Positions 49,142 to 59,910 of a stretch of 64,000 nucleotides of DNA are shown here, piece after piece. Source of the DNA: Fibrobacterales bacterium (GTDB lineage: Bacteria; Fibrobacterota; Fibrobacteria; Fibrobacterales; JAOPTW01); NCBI GenBank assembly GCA_051532055.1, contig JAOPTX010000007.1:192001-256000 (forward strand), in the 5' to 3' direction. The notes beneath the pieces were generated by a model. It had not been told where the DNA came from and ran no database searches. It was given only the letters and a program-made list of their open reading frames with translations. The position numbers and the translations under genes were made by a program. The stretch's first letter is position 1, and each line of letters begins with the position of its first letter.

Positions 49142-51001
49142 TTAGAATTCTGTTAAAAACTTCTTAATCTTCTCTTCAATATTCGAAATTTTTTCATCAA
49201 ACCGAGTCACATTCTCTTCAAACTGTGCATAGATCGAATCGAACCGCTCCTCTTCTCTTTTGATTATTGTCGAGATTGATGCGAGGTTTTCATCTTTATA
49301 CGCTGTTGCGTTGAGCGCCATTTCTTTACAGTATTCAAGGCCCGCTTTTAAGTTATTCTTAAAGGCAACCAATGTCCGAACCTCTTCTGACGTATGAGCA
49401 CAATCACGAACTTGCTCTCCGAAGTAATCAACATACATAGTCACCTCTTTCGCAAACATATGAGGACGTTCTGGAGATACTAAAGAATCTATTTTACCAT
49501 AAATATGTTCAATCATCTCTTGTAGTGAGTAGTCGCGTGTAAACCATGCGGCATTTGGTCCAGGACAAATTGATTGTGGGGCCTTAGCTTCATTCGCCTC
49601 GCCAAGTAATATAAGCGCACCGTTACCAAGGTTATGGCAGATACACTGCTTTGCATGAACATTTGATACTGCTTTCTCTTTCTCTTCTACAGTTAACGTA
49701 CCTGTTTCAATCTGTTCAAGCTTCTCTTTTTGATATTTTTTCGAAGCAGTACAAATAGGCTTTTCGCTAAACTCGCTATTAAATTTAATGAAGCCCTTAG
49801 GGCAACCAGAACCAGGTGTTCCTTTGTCAATATTACTCTGTGTCCAAAGACCAGATCCTGAGCCAACAATATTGTTAAATGGTACTCCAAGTGGTGATGC
49901 AGGACTGAGATAGAAATCCTTTTCAGTCCCGTTCTTTAAAAGCGTTCTCGTCGTATCGTCAATTGGTGTCGCTTCTGGTACGAATAAAAATGGGCTCGCC
50001 CAACCAACCTTATCCATATTATATTCATTGAGAAGACGTTGATTTTCACCAGCAGTACCAATACCACCCTGTACAGTTATCAGCGGTGAATTCTCTTCGC
50101 CAACAAATGGCCAATCCATCTTTTTATAAAACTTTTTCACCATAGGCATTACTTTTGAAGCAAGCTGTTCACGGTTATCTTTAAACTCCTGCATAATTAC
50201 AGGGAGTAGGTATCCATTAGAGGCAAATGCATGTCCACCACAGTTTAACCCCGATTCTATACGATACTCTGATACTTCAATACCTTTACGTGCTATAAAC
50301 TTTCCTTGAATCAGTGATGAGCGATAATCACTTACCTTAATGACAACACGTTTTTTAATATGACCCGTCGCATCTCTAAAAAAGTCTTTAAACGTACTCA
50401 TGTAGCTAAAGAGACGTTGATTCATACCTGCTGAAAAGATGATGGCCGAGTCAAGCTTCGATTCAGCATAGCCTCTGAGGGCCGCATTTGCGTCACTATA
50501 CTCATCAGGAAGCATATCACCATTAGAATCGTAATTACTCTTATCGAGTTTTACCATGATATTAACATCTATTGAGCCTGCAACCATACGTTCCGTAATT
50601 TCATTCTCTAATGCAGAACGTTCATTACCTGTAGACATTGTCAACATTCTGATATAATCAATCTTGAGAGGGGCGGTTTCCGGCAAAAGATCAAAGTATT
50701 TTTTCTTCTCATTATCTTCACCAAAGGGGAGCTCTTTTATCCCATTGAATTTAATAGCAACCACATCATCAACAACATTCAGATAGGCCGTTATTCTCTT
50801 TGCCCTACCATCCACTGTTGCATTTCCAATCTTTTCATACGGCAATCCAAATTCTTCACAGTAGTGTTTTCTCACCTGCTCACACAGCTTATCATCAACC
50901 AATGAAATTACTGATGAGATACCAAAGGGTGCTACTCGAATAGGGGTATCTAATGAGTGTCCTGTTCCCATAACGGGAATATGAAATAAGTGCTGATACA
51001 T
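49142..51001 (-). CDS. Conserved hypothetical protein; putative FMN-linked TIM-barrel oxidoreductase with a Cys cluster
   Basis: HIPVMG, FSAG, ESGLNCGGH, VQGGIG, SPLGVPF resemble nitronate monooxygenase/FabK-like folds; GCPKG...ICT...CIC...ICPGP. Confidence 0.6.
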   Translation of the reverse strand: MYQHLFHIPVMGTGHSLDTPIRVAPFGISSVISLVDDKLCEQVRKHYCEEFGLPYEKIGNATVDGRAKRITAYLNVVDDVVAIKFNGIKELPFGEDNEKKKYFDLLPETAPLKIDYIRMLTMSTGNERSALENEITERMVAGSIDVNIMVKLDKSNYDSNGDMLPDEYSDANAALRGYAESKLDSAIIFSAGMNQRLFSYMSTFKDFFRDATGHIKKRVVIKVSDYRSSLIQGKFIARKGIEVSEYRIESGLNCGGHAFASNGYLLPVIMQEFKDNREQLASKVMPMVKKFYKKMDWPFVGEENSPLITVQGGIGTAGENQRLLNEYNMDKVGWASPFLFVPEATPIDDTTRTLLKNGTEKDFYLSPASPLGVPFNNIVGSGSGLWTQSNIDKGTPGSGCPKGFIKFNSEFSEKPICTASKKYQKEKLEQIETGTLTVEEKEKAVSNVHAKQCICHNLGNGALILLGEANEAKAPQSICPGPNAAWFTRDYSLQEMIEHIYGKIDSLVSPERPHMFAKEVTMYVDYFGEQVRDCAHTSEEVRTLVAFKNNLKAGLEYCKEMALNATAYKDENLASISTIIKREEERFDSIYAQFEENVTRFDEKISNIEEKIKKFLTEF

Positions 51002-51280
51002 AGTGTTCCTTTCTGCTTATCTGAGTACAAAGATACCACATTACTTCCCATAATTCTTGATTTTCACCCCAAAATGACCCTATTTGACAATAACAGAAAT
51101 TACCTGACAATTGATGACAAATAGCTTTTTTCGCTGCCTCCCAACCACATACTCATCTATGCCACTCTCTTTTCGAATTTTTAGCATATAAGCTCAATAT
51201 ACAAGATTAGAGTGGCCCTTTTCGTAAAAACGTACTATCATAAGAATCATAAACAGTTAAAAGTATTTAAAGGTAGTTCT

Positions 51281-52135
51281 ATGAAAAACCAAATCATAGA
51301 AGATAGAATTGGTGGTATTGAAGAGCTTCCAACACTTCCTCTTGTCATTAGACAAGTCCAAAAAGTGATGCGTGATCCCAATAGTAATATGGCAAATATT
51401 GCATCTATTATCACTAAAGACCAATCTCTCTCGACCAAGGTTCTCCGTCTCGTTAATTCTGCGCATTATGGCCTCAGAAGCCGTGTTACCTCTGTGTCTC
51501 AAGCAATTGTTATTCTAGGGCTCAATACTGTAAATAACATTATGCTTGGTCTGAGCGTTATCAACATGTTTGATGAAAGCTCTGATTCGCTCTTTAACTA
51601 TGATAAATTTTGGGAACACTCCTTTGGCTGTGCTCTCATGGCAAAACACCTCAGTTCAGCTATGAACTACCCAGACCCAGAAATATGCTTTATCACCGGC
51701 CTACTCCATGATATTGGAAAATTAATTCAAGAGCAGTTCATGCATAAAGATTTTGTTAAATGCCTCACCTTAACCCATTCAACCAAAAAACCTCTTGTAG
51801 AAAATGAGGAGAATATTTTTGGTTTTAACCATTCAGATCTTGGTTCTTACATTACTAACAAATGGGAGATTCCAGAAAACATATGTATCGCAATTCAATA
51901 TCATCACAACCCACAAGACCTACCAGCAAATCTTGAAGATAACAGAGATATAGTCAATATACTTGCTGCAGCAAACCAACTCTGTCAACTTGAAGGCCTC
52001 GGTGATCTCTCTGAAGAATATAAGCCCGTATTTGGAGAAGTGCTTCCTATTGACATTCCCCAAAATAAGCTTGACGAAATAATTGAAAAGACCAAAGAAG
52101 AGATTAAAATTACTCTCAAAGAATGGAATGCCTAA
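51281..52135 (+). CDS. HDOD-domain protein
   Basis: LPTLP, DQSLSTKVLRLVNSA, FWEHS, GLLHDIGK, W.IP...AIQYHH. Confidence 0.92.
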   Translation: MKNQIIEDRIGGIEELPTLPLVIRQVQKVMRDPNSNMANIASIITKDQSLSTKVLRLVNSAHYGLRSRVTSVSQAIVILGLNTVNNIMLGLSVINMFDESSDSLFNYDKFWEHSFGCALMAKHLSSAMNYPDPEICFITGLLHDIGKLIQEQFMHKDFVKCLTLTHSTKKPLVENEENIFGFNHSDLGSYITNKWEIPENICIAIQYHHNPQDLPANLEDNRDIVNILAAANQLCQLEGLGDLSEEYKPVFGEVLPIDIPQNKLDEIIEKTKEEIKITLKEWNA

Positions 52136-52160
52136 ATAATTCCCTTTTTCTTCTACTGCT

Positions 52161-52841
52161 CTACAACAACTTTCGTTCATCCAATAGCGACACTACCATT
52201 GCAACTATTTCATCAGGGCTTAAGGTTTTACAATTGAAAACCAAATCAAAAATTGAACGATCGGATTTTTTACCTTCAAAAAAGTCACGCAAATGCATTC
52301 GTTGTTCATCAATTTCCTTAACCTTCTTTTTAGCATCCTCTTCCGAGATAGAGAAGGTTTCACGAGTGATATCAACACGCCAATTATAGGGCGCCTGTAG
52401 TCGAATATGAATTGCATTCAAATGATCTTGAAGAAGCGTCACACCACCACGACCAACAATGATAACATGCCCCTCATCAGCTACACCATGTAACACTTCA
52501 GCAATGGTATTTCTAATTTTCATGTCACTTACTGGGAGTGGACTAAAGGAGGTTAGTATATCGCTCAACCCACCACTTTTCGCTTTAGCTACTGATTCTA
52601 CAAACACTGGGTCTAGTTCCAATTTCTTCGCAGTATCTTCAATTATTTGTTTATCAACCCATCGCCATTGCACACCATACTTTCCATCTGGATTTCTTGC
52701 CTCAAGTGCCGCAGTTAATTTTTCTGCAACAAGTTTAGAAGGACACCCACACTCACGTGATATGGTAATCACCGGTTTGACATTCATATGCTCATCAAAC
52801 TTTTGTCTTCTGAGAAGATAGTCTATGAATTCCTTTTTCAT
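52161..52841 (-). CDS. Cytidylate kinase-like family protein
   Basis: VITISRECG, VIIVGRGG, HIRLQAP, FDLVFN. Confidence 0.85.
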   Translation of the reverse strand: MKKEFIDYLLRRQKFDEHMNVKPVITISRECGCPSKLVAEKLTAALEARNPDGKYGVQWRWVDKQIIEDTAKKLELDPVFVESVAKAKSGGLSDILTSFSPLPVSDMKIRNTIAEVLHGVADEGHVIIVGRGGVTLLQDHLNAIHIRLQAPYNWRVDITRETFSISEEDAKKKVKEIDEQRMHLRDFFEGKKSDRSIFDLVFNCKTLSPDEIVAMVVSLLDERKLL

Positions 52842-52970
52842 GATAGAGCCCCTATTAAAAGCCTTACCACTATTATATCACAGAATAACTATTAAAAGAG
52901 GTCTTTTAGAAAAACTTGAACCTTTTGAGTAAGTTGAGGGTTAAAAGCTAGAATTGAGGCACATCACCTA

Positions 52971-53723
52971 TTAGTGAATCACACCTACCCCTGCATTCTG
53001 AATGTAGCCCATTTTGCCTGTACCCAAATTTATAGAGAGCCAACCATCATTAGTTTCTAAAATTTCAAAGGTTGTACCTTCATGAATTTCAAACAAAATT
53101 TCAGAACTCTTACGAGGTTCACTTAACACAGAAGTACCATCAGTTAAAAGCACGCCATGAGATAACGTATTAATCTGATACATTCTAAAAGAGATAGAAA
53201 CACCAACAATAACCAATAAAAAAACAGTTCCAATAATGACAGGATACAGTGTAAAACGAGCCGGCCCCCGTATCAGAAAAACAGCAGCAATAGTTACAAA
53301 AAGAATAAAGAGCAAGGCAATTACTACCAAGTGGGAGGTGTTCATATTCATGTACCGATACCACTTTGTAAGAATACCCGCTCCTGTCAAAACCTCTTCT
53401 TGTTTATCTTGAATCAGTGCACGCGCAAACTCTAGGTTTGCCTCTACATCTGGTTCTCCTGGATTCAACAGCAAGGATTTTTCATAATAGAGAATCGCCT
53501 TTCCAAGTTTTGCTTGACGATACCATGCATTACCTAAATTGTAGTAGAGCACCCAACTATTAACACCTTCATTTGTGCAACTTTCAAAAAATTGCACCGC
53601 TTGAGCATACTTATCTGACTCATAGGCTTCAATACCTTTAACATAATAATCAGTGCATTTCTCAATAGTATCATCTGCAAATAAGGTACTCACCAATAAA
53701 ACCATCACTATCAAATATTTCAT
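52971..53723 (-). CDS. batE: BatE-like TPR/SH3 protein
   Basis: YYNLGNAWY...KAILYYEK; two TM segments; FEIHEGT SH3-like end. Confidence 0.85.
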   Translation of the reverse strand: MKYLIVMVLLVSTLFADDTIEKCTDYYVKGIEAYESDKYAQAVQFFESCTNEGVNSWVLYYNLGNAWYRQAKLGKAILYYEKSLLLNPGEPDVEANLEFARALIQDKQEEVLTGAGILTKWYRYMNMNTSHLVVIALLFILFVTIAAVFLIRGPARFTLYPVIIGTVFLLVIVGVSISFRMYQINTLSHGVLLTDGTSVLSEPRKSSEILFEIHEGTTFEILETNDGWLSINLGTGKMGYIQNAGVGVIH

Positions 53724-55498
53724 ACTTTTTTCTCCAGTGATTTCAAAAGTGTTTCTGCTCTATCAAAGTCGGATTGCATCTCTGTTGCTGACATCTGTAG
53801 CGCTGCGAATTGTGCTTTATCACACTGCAACATAAGGGCGCGATATTGACTAATCTGATCATCAGATACTTTTTTATCAGTCAGAACCTCAATAGCACTT
53901 TCAATAGTCAATCCTATGAACTCTACGGAAAGTTTGTCACTTAAATACTTTGTCACAGCAGTATTGAGTTCTGAGTAAAAAAGTGCTACGTCATTACTAT
54001 TCAAAGCATTCTGTGCTTCTCTTAATCGTTTAAGTGCTTGAGACCGTGCTTTACCACGACGCCTTTTGTCACTACTGAGTCCTGCTGAACCCCTCATTTT
54101 TTTTAATATCAATACCAAAAAGAGCGGCAATGATGTTGCACAGATCAAAATCCAGTACCACACTTGAGAATGAATAGAAACGCCATCATTTTGTAATAAC
54201 TCAATCTCCTTCTTAATAAAACGAATGTCAGACCCAAGAGAGCGAATCCTATCTTGAGATTGAACGAGCACTTGTTGCCCCGCAACAGATCCTGCCACCA
54301 CTGTACCTTTTTTAACAGTAATACGTATTGGCCCCGAGGAACGACTCTTATACGTACCCGACTTTGGGTCAAAATAATTAAAAACAATAGGCTCAAGCTC
54401 AAAGGTTCCGGGAAGTTTTGGATACAAAAAGTACTTTGCTGTTTTAGTAGTACGAATCAACCCTCCTACCTCTCTCTTCGATGTGTTCACTTCAGGAGGA
54501 ACTGTTCTAAATTGAGAGAAGTCAGGCAACTGAGGATTAGGAATTGCACCAGGCCTACCATTACCACTCATCTTCATTGTCAAGGTAATAGCATCCCCCA
54601 TCTCAATCTCTTTTTTATCAAAGGCCGCTGAAAAACTATACTGCCCTACTAAACCACTAAAGGTCTTAGGTTTTCCTTTAGTGGGAAGTGGTTTAACATT
54701 AATCTCTACTTGAGGAGTCTTGGCTATTGCATCAATTGATTTTGACTGAGTTGAACTAAAAAAGAACGATGAATTTCCCCGCTTTTCTTTTTTCTCTTCA
54801 CGCTGTACTTGACCCTCTTTAGTATAACTCATCTCAATTGTTGGAAGAGATATTTTACCCGACTTCGTTGGAGATAAATAAGCATACTTCAAAATAGCCT
54901 GATCAACATAGGGAGCCTTTGCTCGTTTTTTCTCTAATTTCAATTCTTTGTTTTTGTGAGCCCAAAAACCTGTTCCAAAATCTTCTTTGCTAAAAGCAAG
55001 GTTGCCTTGATAGTTATCATAAAAGCCCATATTAATGGTATATCTAAATTGCTCACCTACAAACAGTGATTTTTTAGAAAGAGTTGGGTAGATGGAGAGA
55101 CCTTGTGCACTGTATCCTCGTTTGACATTAATACGAAGGTTCGCTTCTATATGCATAGGATTGTTATTTACCAACCAGGTAAAATTCTTAATAGTTTTAA
55201 TACCTGAAGATTTCGCTTTTAGAGTGAACTTATAAACGGTAAACTTACTCACTCTCCCAAAGAAATCACGCTGGCTCTTATCTTCCCATTTTCTATTGAG
55301 AATCGTAATATCAGATTGTTTAAAATCAATTGAACCCTTTTTGGCATTAGGTACATTCTGAAAAAGAATGTTGAGAGTAAATTCACTGCCAACCCTTGGC
55401 TCGCGAGGATTAACCTCTACCGATATTCCAGCAAAAAGACCCGTCACATTAAAAAGCATTGCTAAAATTATAAGCCGCTTAATCCATCCTATCATCAA
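53720..55498 (-). CDS. batD: BatD-family protein
   Basis: VKPLP...FSGLVGQY, GNG, FNYFDP, DIRFIK, C-terminal TM; operon position. Confidence 0.85.
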   Translation of the reverse strand: MMIGWIKRLIILAMLFNVTGLFAGISVEVNPREPRVGSEFTLNILFQNVPNAKKGSIDFKQSDITILNRKWEDKSQRDFFGRVSKFTVYKFTLKAKSSGIKTIKNFTWLVNNNPMHIEANLRINVKRGYSAQGLSIYPTLSKKSLFVGEQFRYTINMGFYDNYQGNLAFSKEDFGTGFWAHKNKELKLEKKRAKAPYVDQAILKYAYLSPTKSGKISLPTIEMSYTKEGQVQREEKKEKRGNSSFFFSSTQSKSIDAIAKTPQVEINVKPLPTKGKPKTFSGLVGQYSFSAAFDKKEIEMGDAITLTMKMSGNGRPGAIPNPQLPDFSQFRTVPPEVNTSKREVGGLIRTTKTAKYFLYPKLPGTFELEPIVFNYFDPKSGTYKSRSSGPIRITVKKGTVVAGSVAGQQVLVQSQDRIRSLGSDIRFIKKEIELLQNDGVSIHSQVWYWILICATSLPLFLVLILKKMRGSAGLSSDKRRRGKARSQALKRLREAQNALNSNDVALFYSELNTAVTKYLSDKLSVEFIGLTIESAIEVLTDKKVSDDQISQYRALMLQCDKAQFAALQMSATEMQSDFDRAETLLKSLEKKV

Positions 55499-56074
55499 TT
55501 ACCAATCCTTCACAGGTCTACCCTGGCCCTTGCCCCGTTTCCACTTCTCAGGGTCCTCTTTCGTCTCTTCTTCATTATAATTTTGAAGAAGTTCCTCTGC
55601 CTGTTCTGGTGTTAATTCACCCTCTTGCACTTCTGGCGGAGGAGTCTCAGTCGAATCAGCCTCAGTAGATTTATCTTCTTGAGGATCAGATTTTTCACTA
55701 CTTGTATCGCTCGAAGAACTGCTCTCTTGACTAGACGATACTCCCGATTTATTTTTTTGATTTTGTTCTTCTTCTTGGTCCTGCTTATTTTCTTCTTGAT
55801 TTTCTTGATCTTCTTGCTGCTCTTGGTCTTGATTTTGTTGCTGCTGCTGATCTTTCTTCTGTTCTTCTTGCTGCTCTTTGATCTCTTCGATACGTTCTTT
55901 GAGCATTTGCAGTTTTTCATTTTGCGGATGTCGACTGAGGCCCTCTTCTGCCTCAAGCAGGGCTTGATCAACTTTTGATCCAATATATAAAAAAGATGCC
56001 TTCTTAAAATAATCGTGTGCACTCTGAGCTGATGCGAGTCCAATTACAGTCAATATCATAGCGAGTAGTTTCAT
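55499..56074 (-). CDS. BatC C-terminal-like secreted protein with a Q/E-rich linker
   Basis: LTPEQAEELL...KDW terminus as in BatC. Confidence 0.7.
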   Translation of the reverse strand: MKLLAMILTVIGLASAQSAHDYFKKASFLYIGSKVDQALLEAEEGLSRHPQNEKLQMLKERIEEIKEQQEEQKKDQQQQQNQDQEQQEDQENQEENKQDQEEEQNQKNKSGVSSSQESSSSSDTSSEKSDPQEDKSTEADSTETPPPEVQEGELTPEQAEELLQNYNEEETKEDPEKWKRGKGQGRPVKDW

Positions 56075-56075
56075 A

Positions 56076-56816
56076 TTAAATTACCCCTATTTCGTTATCA
56101 CCAGGATTATTCTCCAATGGTGTTTCTGGTTTACGCCCTTCATTAATATCAATCACATCCTGTAATCGCTGTACATAGGTCTTATATGAGCCAGCTGTTT
56201 CATCTTTGCTCATTACATCCTCTAGAACACCTTTAGCATCATGATAGAGCTCTTGGGACGCTAGCTGTAATGCTTTTGCGAGTGCGGCCTTTGCATCTTT
56301 ACTTGGAGGAGGTGGTGGTGGTTGATTAGGGTCTTGCTGCTGATCTTGTTGGTCTTTATGTTTATCAAGTTCTTCTTTTAGTTTAATTTGTATAAACTCT
56401 ATATTCCGCTTTGCTTTTTCATAAGAGTCATCCTCTTCGAGAGATTTCTTAAGAGATGCAATCGCTTCTTTATACTTATCGATCTTTGCTTTAGGCTCTT
56501 GTTGCTGATTCCCCTCGCGAAAGGCAGTATTACCCATATTAAAATAGGCATTGCGTGCAATAATACTATCCTCACCTAACGCTGATTTCCTCAGACTTTC
56601 CGTGGCTTTATCATACTTTTTTAGTCGATAATAACTGGTCCCTATATTATACTCAAGTATTTGTGAATCAGGCATATCAACTTGAGCTTGTAAATAAAGC
56701 TGGAGTGCCTCTTGATACTCCCCATCATCATACGCTTTATTCCCATCATCAACAATTGAGCTGATGGCAGGAATCGTTAAAAGCAAAAAGGCAGAAAAAA
56801 ACATTTTAAACGACAT
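56076..56816 (-). CDS. batC: BatC-like TPR protein
   Basis: GNKAY...YNIGTSYY...AYFNMGNTAF...AKRNIE. Confidence 0.75.
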   Translation of the reverse strand: MSFKMFFSAFLLLTIPAISSIVDDGNKAYDDGEYQEALQLYLQAQVDMPDSQILEYNIGTSYYRLKKYDKATESLRKSALGEDSIIARNAYFNMGNTAFREGNQQQEPKAKIDKYKEAIASLKKSLEEDDSYEKAKRNIEFIQIKLKEELDKHKDQQDQQQDPNQPPPPPPSKDAKAALAKALQLASQELYHDAKGVLEDVMSKDETAGSYKTYVQRLQDVIDINEGRKPETPLENNPGDNEIGVI

Positions 56817-57871
56817 TATACAAATCTCCCTTCCCATTTCTTCTTTTTCTTATGGCGATATGGTGTTGTTTTCTCAAGAATCGTAATACCTAGTGCAAGT
56901 AATTCGGGAAACAAAAGTAGCAATAATGCAAGGGCTAGAGGAATTTGAAAACGATCGACATACTGCTCCACATTTTCTCCCTCAACTTCTCGTTTTTCTC
57001 GCTGTTCAATTTCTTCAAGTATTTTAACGAGCTCAAATTCACCCGGACCTGCATGGTAATATTTCCCATCAGTAAGGAGTGCAATTTTTTGTAACGTTTG
57101 TTGATCTAACTTGGTAGTCACAATATTGCCGCGACGATCTTTTTTGTATTGAGGACTCCCATTTTTTCGCCCCACAGGTATGGGCACGCCCGCTGTAGAA
57201 CCTATACCCACTGTGTATATCACTATTCCCTCTTCAGCTGCTTTCTTTGCCACTTCAAGCACTTTAGGGTCGTGTTCTTCTCCATCAGTAAGTAAAACAA
57301 TAACTTGATACTTACGTTGTTTGGTATCAAAGGTTTCAATAGCCTTTTCCATTGCCGCCCCAATATTTGTACCAGGCATCAGCATATTTGGATTAAGCTC
57401 ATCCAAAAACATTCTCACCGCTGAATAATCGAGAGTCAAAGGACATTGTAGTTGTGGTTCTCCAGAAAAGGCGATCAATCCGATGCGATCTCCAGAAGAG
57501 CGTTCAAGAAAGCTACTAATCTCATGCTTTGAACGGGTCAGCCTATTTGGCTTTATATCTTCAGCAAGCATAGAAAGAGAAATATCTTGAACGAGAAGAA
57601 CATCAAGTCCCTCCTGTTTCATGATTTCCATCTTAGTGCCCCACTGGGGCCGGATCATAGCAAGTACTAAAAATATGAAAGCGATAGCAACAAGAGTCGC
57701 CCTCAACATAAAGTTTCCATAGACGGCCGTGTTAGTAAGTTTTTCGACCATGCCCGCAGATGCAAACCTACGGAGTAACTGTTTTTTTCGTAAGAGCCCG
57801 TAGGAAAAAAGTATCACTAAAAGTGGTACGACAAAGAGAGCCCAAAAATATTCCGGTGATGCAATTTTCAT
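56816..57871 (-). CDS. batB: BatB VWA-domain protein
   Basis: RPQWG, DISLSM.AED.KPNRL, PLTLDY, LLTDGE. Confidence 0.88.
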   Translation of the reverse strand: MKIASPEYFWALFVVPLLVILFSYGLLRKKQLLRRFASAGMVEKLTNTAVYGNFMLRATLVAIAFIFLVLAMIRPQWGTKMEIMKQEGLDVLLVQDISLSMLAEDIKPNRLTRSKHEISSFLERSSGDRIGLIAFSGEPQLQCPLTLDYSAVRMFLDELNPNMLMPGTNIGAAMEKAIETFDTKQRKYQVIVLLTDGEEHDPKVLEVAKKAAEEGIVIYTVGIGSTAGVPIPVGRKNGSPQYKKDRRGNIVTTKLDQQTLQKIALLTDGKYYHAGPGEFELVKILEEIEQREKREVEGENVEQYVDRFQIPLALALLLLLFPELLALGITILEKTTPYRHKKKKKWEGRFV

Positions 57872-58962
57872 GGTATTTTTATAAACCTCGTGTTAGCAAG
57901 AGTGATCTCTAATAGCAACAGCAGCGCTCCCGCAATTAAAAACCAGTAGAACTCTTCTTTATATTTTGTATAACTATGGGATTCGATCTCCGTTTTTTCA
58001 AGAGCATCGATTTCATCATAAATTGTAGCAAGCTCAGACTTATTATTGGCATAGAAAAATTTACCATCAGTTTTTTCAGCAATAGATTTCAACAGTCCTA
58101 CATCTGCACCCTGATTTTTATCTATAGCTGCTTCACCCCAAGACATTTCGCCGGTCCAAGGATTTTGACGCGAAACCAACATTGATCCTGACTTTTTACC
58201 TACGCCAACAGTATAAACCTTGACCCCCATAGTTTGTGCTACATTTGCAGCCTGAAGAGGGGTAATTGATCCTGCATTATTTGCACCATCCGTGAGTAAT
58301 ATAATCACTTTACTTTTCGCCTTAGAGTCTTTTAATCGACTCGTCCCCGACATTATGGCATTGCCTATTGCGGTGCCATCTACAGAAACTGATTTATTAT
58401 TAACGGTACTCAGAAATTGTTTCAGTATACCATAATCCATGGTTAATGGACACTGTGTATAACTACGTCCCGCATAGATCACCAATCCCAGTCTATCAGT
58501 TTTACGTTTATCAACAAACTCACCGATAACATTTTTTGCAGCACCGAGTCTTGTGTAACGCTCATGTTGGCTTGAGTTATAGAATTTTTCCGCATCCATT
58601 CGTCCAATTTTAGCCATTTCCTTTGTAGTGAGCATATCAAGTGCTCCCATCGAACCAGAAACATCAAGAGCGAGTACAATATCAATTCCTTCTGAATTAA
58701 TATATTCGAGAGCCTCACCACTTTGCGGACGAGCCAGAGCAACAATGAGTGCCATAACTGCTAAACACTTAATTACCAGCAACATATGTCGTAACTTGAG
58801 CGCCATACTCGTTTTAATGGTTTTAAGTTTTTGAATTCCCGAAAAGCGAATCGTGTATTTTTGACTATTCTGGGTTCGCACATAATTCCAAACCATAATC
58901 GGAATAATAACCAACAACCATAAATATTCAGGATTGTGAAGATTATAAAAAACCTCTTTCAT
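57868..58962 (-). CDS. batA: BatA VWA-domain protein
   Basis: ALARPQ, DVSGSM, DGTAIG, LLTDGANN, IDALEK. Confidence 0.9.
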   Translation of the reverse strand: MKEVFYNLHNPEYLWLLVIIPIMVWNYVRTQNSQKYTIRFSGIQKLKTIKTSMALKLRHMLLVIKCLAVMALIVALARPQSGEALEYINSEGIDIVLALDVSGSMGALDMLTTKEMAKIGRMDAEKFYNSSQHERYTRLGAAKNVIGEFVDKRKTDRLGLVIYAGRSYTQCPLTMDYGILKQFLSTVNNKSVSVDGTAIGNAIMSGTSRLKDSKAKSKVIILLTDGANNAGSITPLQAANVAQTMGVKVYTVGVGKKSGSMLVSRQNPWTGEMSWGEAAIDKNQGADVGLLKSIAEKTDGKFFYANNKSELATIYDEIDALEKTEIESHSYTKYKEEFYWFLIAGALLLLLEITLANTRFIKIP

Positions 58963-59909
58963 TATACTGCCCCCTTAGTTGAATCAATAGGACCATTCAC
59001 TGAGAGCTCTTCCGAAGGTTTTGTTTGTTCTACAAACCCTTCAACATACTCATTCAGCATCGTATTACTTGTATCATCTAAGGTCATTTTAGCAAACTTA
59101 ATAAGATCCGTTTTTTCACAAAACTGAGGAAGCGCTTCTTTGAGTTCTCCTTCAATTTCAGAAATGAGTGTCACTCGCTCTAGAAGCTCTGCCGTTGTTG
59201 CTTCAGATGCATCAACATTAAAACGTCGAGATATATAATGCTTCAAAATTTCAGTTAACTCAAAGAAATGATCTTTATAAGCACCCGTCTCCATGAGATT
59301 ACGGTGTTTCAACTCATTCAATTGTTTTTTCGCCTCTTCATAAGGGGGGAGAACAATAGCACTCTCCTTATTTCTTTTACGGCGAATCAGTACAATAATC
59401 AGAACTAGCAGAGCGAAACAGATACTACCGACAATAATTAATATTGTTTGAAGTGCCATGGGTGCACCAACAACGCCTTCAACTTCTAAAATATCTGTGA
59501 CATCTTCACTATTTCTATTGAGGACAGTGATTTTTATGGGTTCAGTAAAAAGCTGAACTTTTGTCGTATCTCCTTTTGGCAAGAATTCTACAACTTGTGG
59601 GGGAACAACATATTCTCCCGATAAAAAGGTCGACAATAGGAGTGTCCACTTTTGAGTTGTCACTCCTTTTCCAGAAACCGATTCGCTCACTTGATGCTCA
59701 CGCACCTCAAAGGTACCAAGATTACCAATAAGGCCCGGTAACTCAATAACTGATGAATCTGGGTAGGCTATGGTAATCATATATTCAAAACGATCACCAA
59801 TATAAATTTCAGACCGACTCACTGTACTGTTAAGAGTAACTTCCTGCGCTATCAGGCTCCCTACGCAGAGCAACATCAAAACCATAATTATTCTATACTG
59901 TTTCATCAT
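58962..59909 (-). CDS. Bat-operon exported single-TM protein (BatD-like Ig domain)
   Basis: Signal peptide, beta-rich domain, TM, then LPPYEEA...DLIKFA; usual position upstream of batA. Confidence 0.72.
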   Translation of the reverse strand: MMKQYRIIMVLMLLCVGSLIAQEVTLNSTVSRSEIYIGDRFEYMITIAYPDSSVIELPGLIGNLGTFEVREHQVSESVSGKGVTTQKWTLLLSTFLSGEYVVPPQVVEFLPKGDTTKVQLFTEPIKITVLNRNSEDVTDILEVEGVVGAPMALQTILIIVGSICFALLVLIIVLIRRKRNKESAIVLPPYEEAKKQLNELKHRNLMETGAYKDHFFELTEILKHYISRRFNVDASEATTAELLERVTLISEIEGELKEALPQFCEKTDLIKFAKMTLDDTSNTMLNEYVEGFVEQTKPSEELSVNGPIDSTKGAV

Positions 59910-59910
59910 A

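Noticed and set aside
55612..56043. 143-aa and 117-aa alternative-frame ORFs
   Set aside because: By-products of the low-complexity CAA/GAA-rich BatC-like linker.
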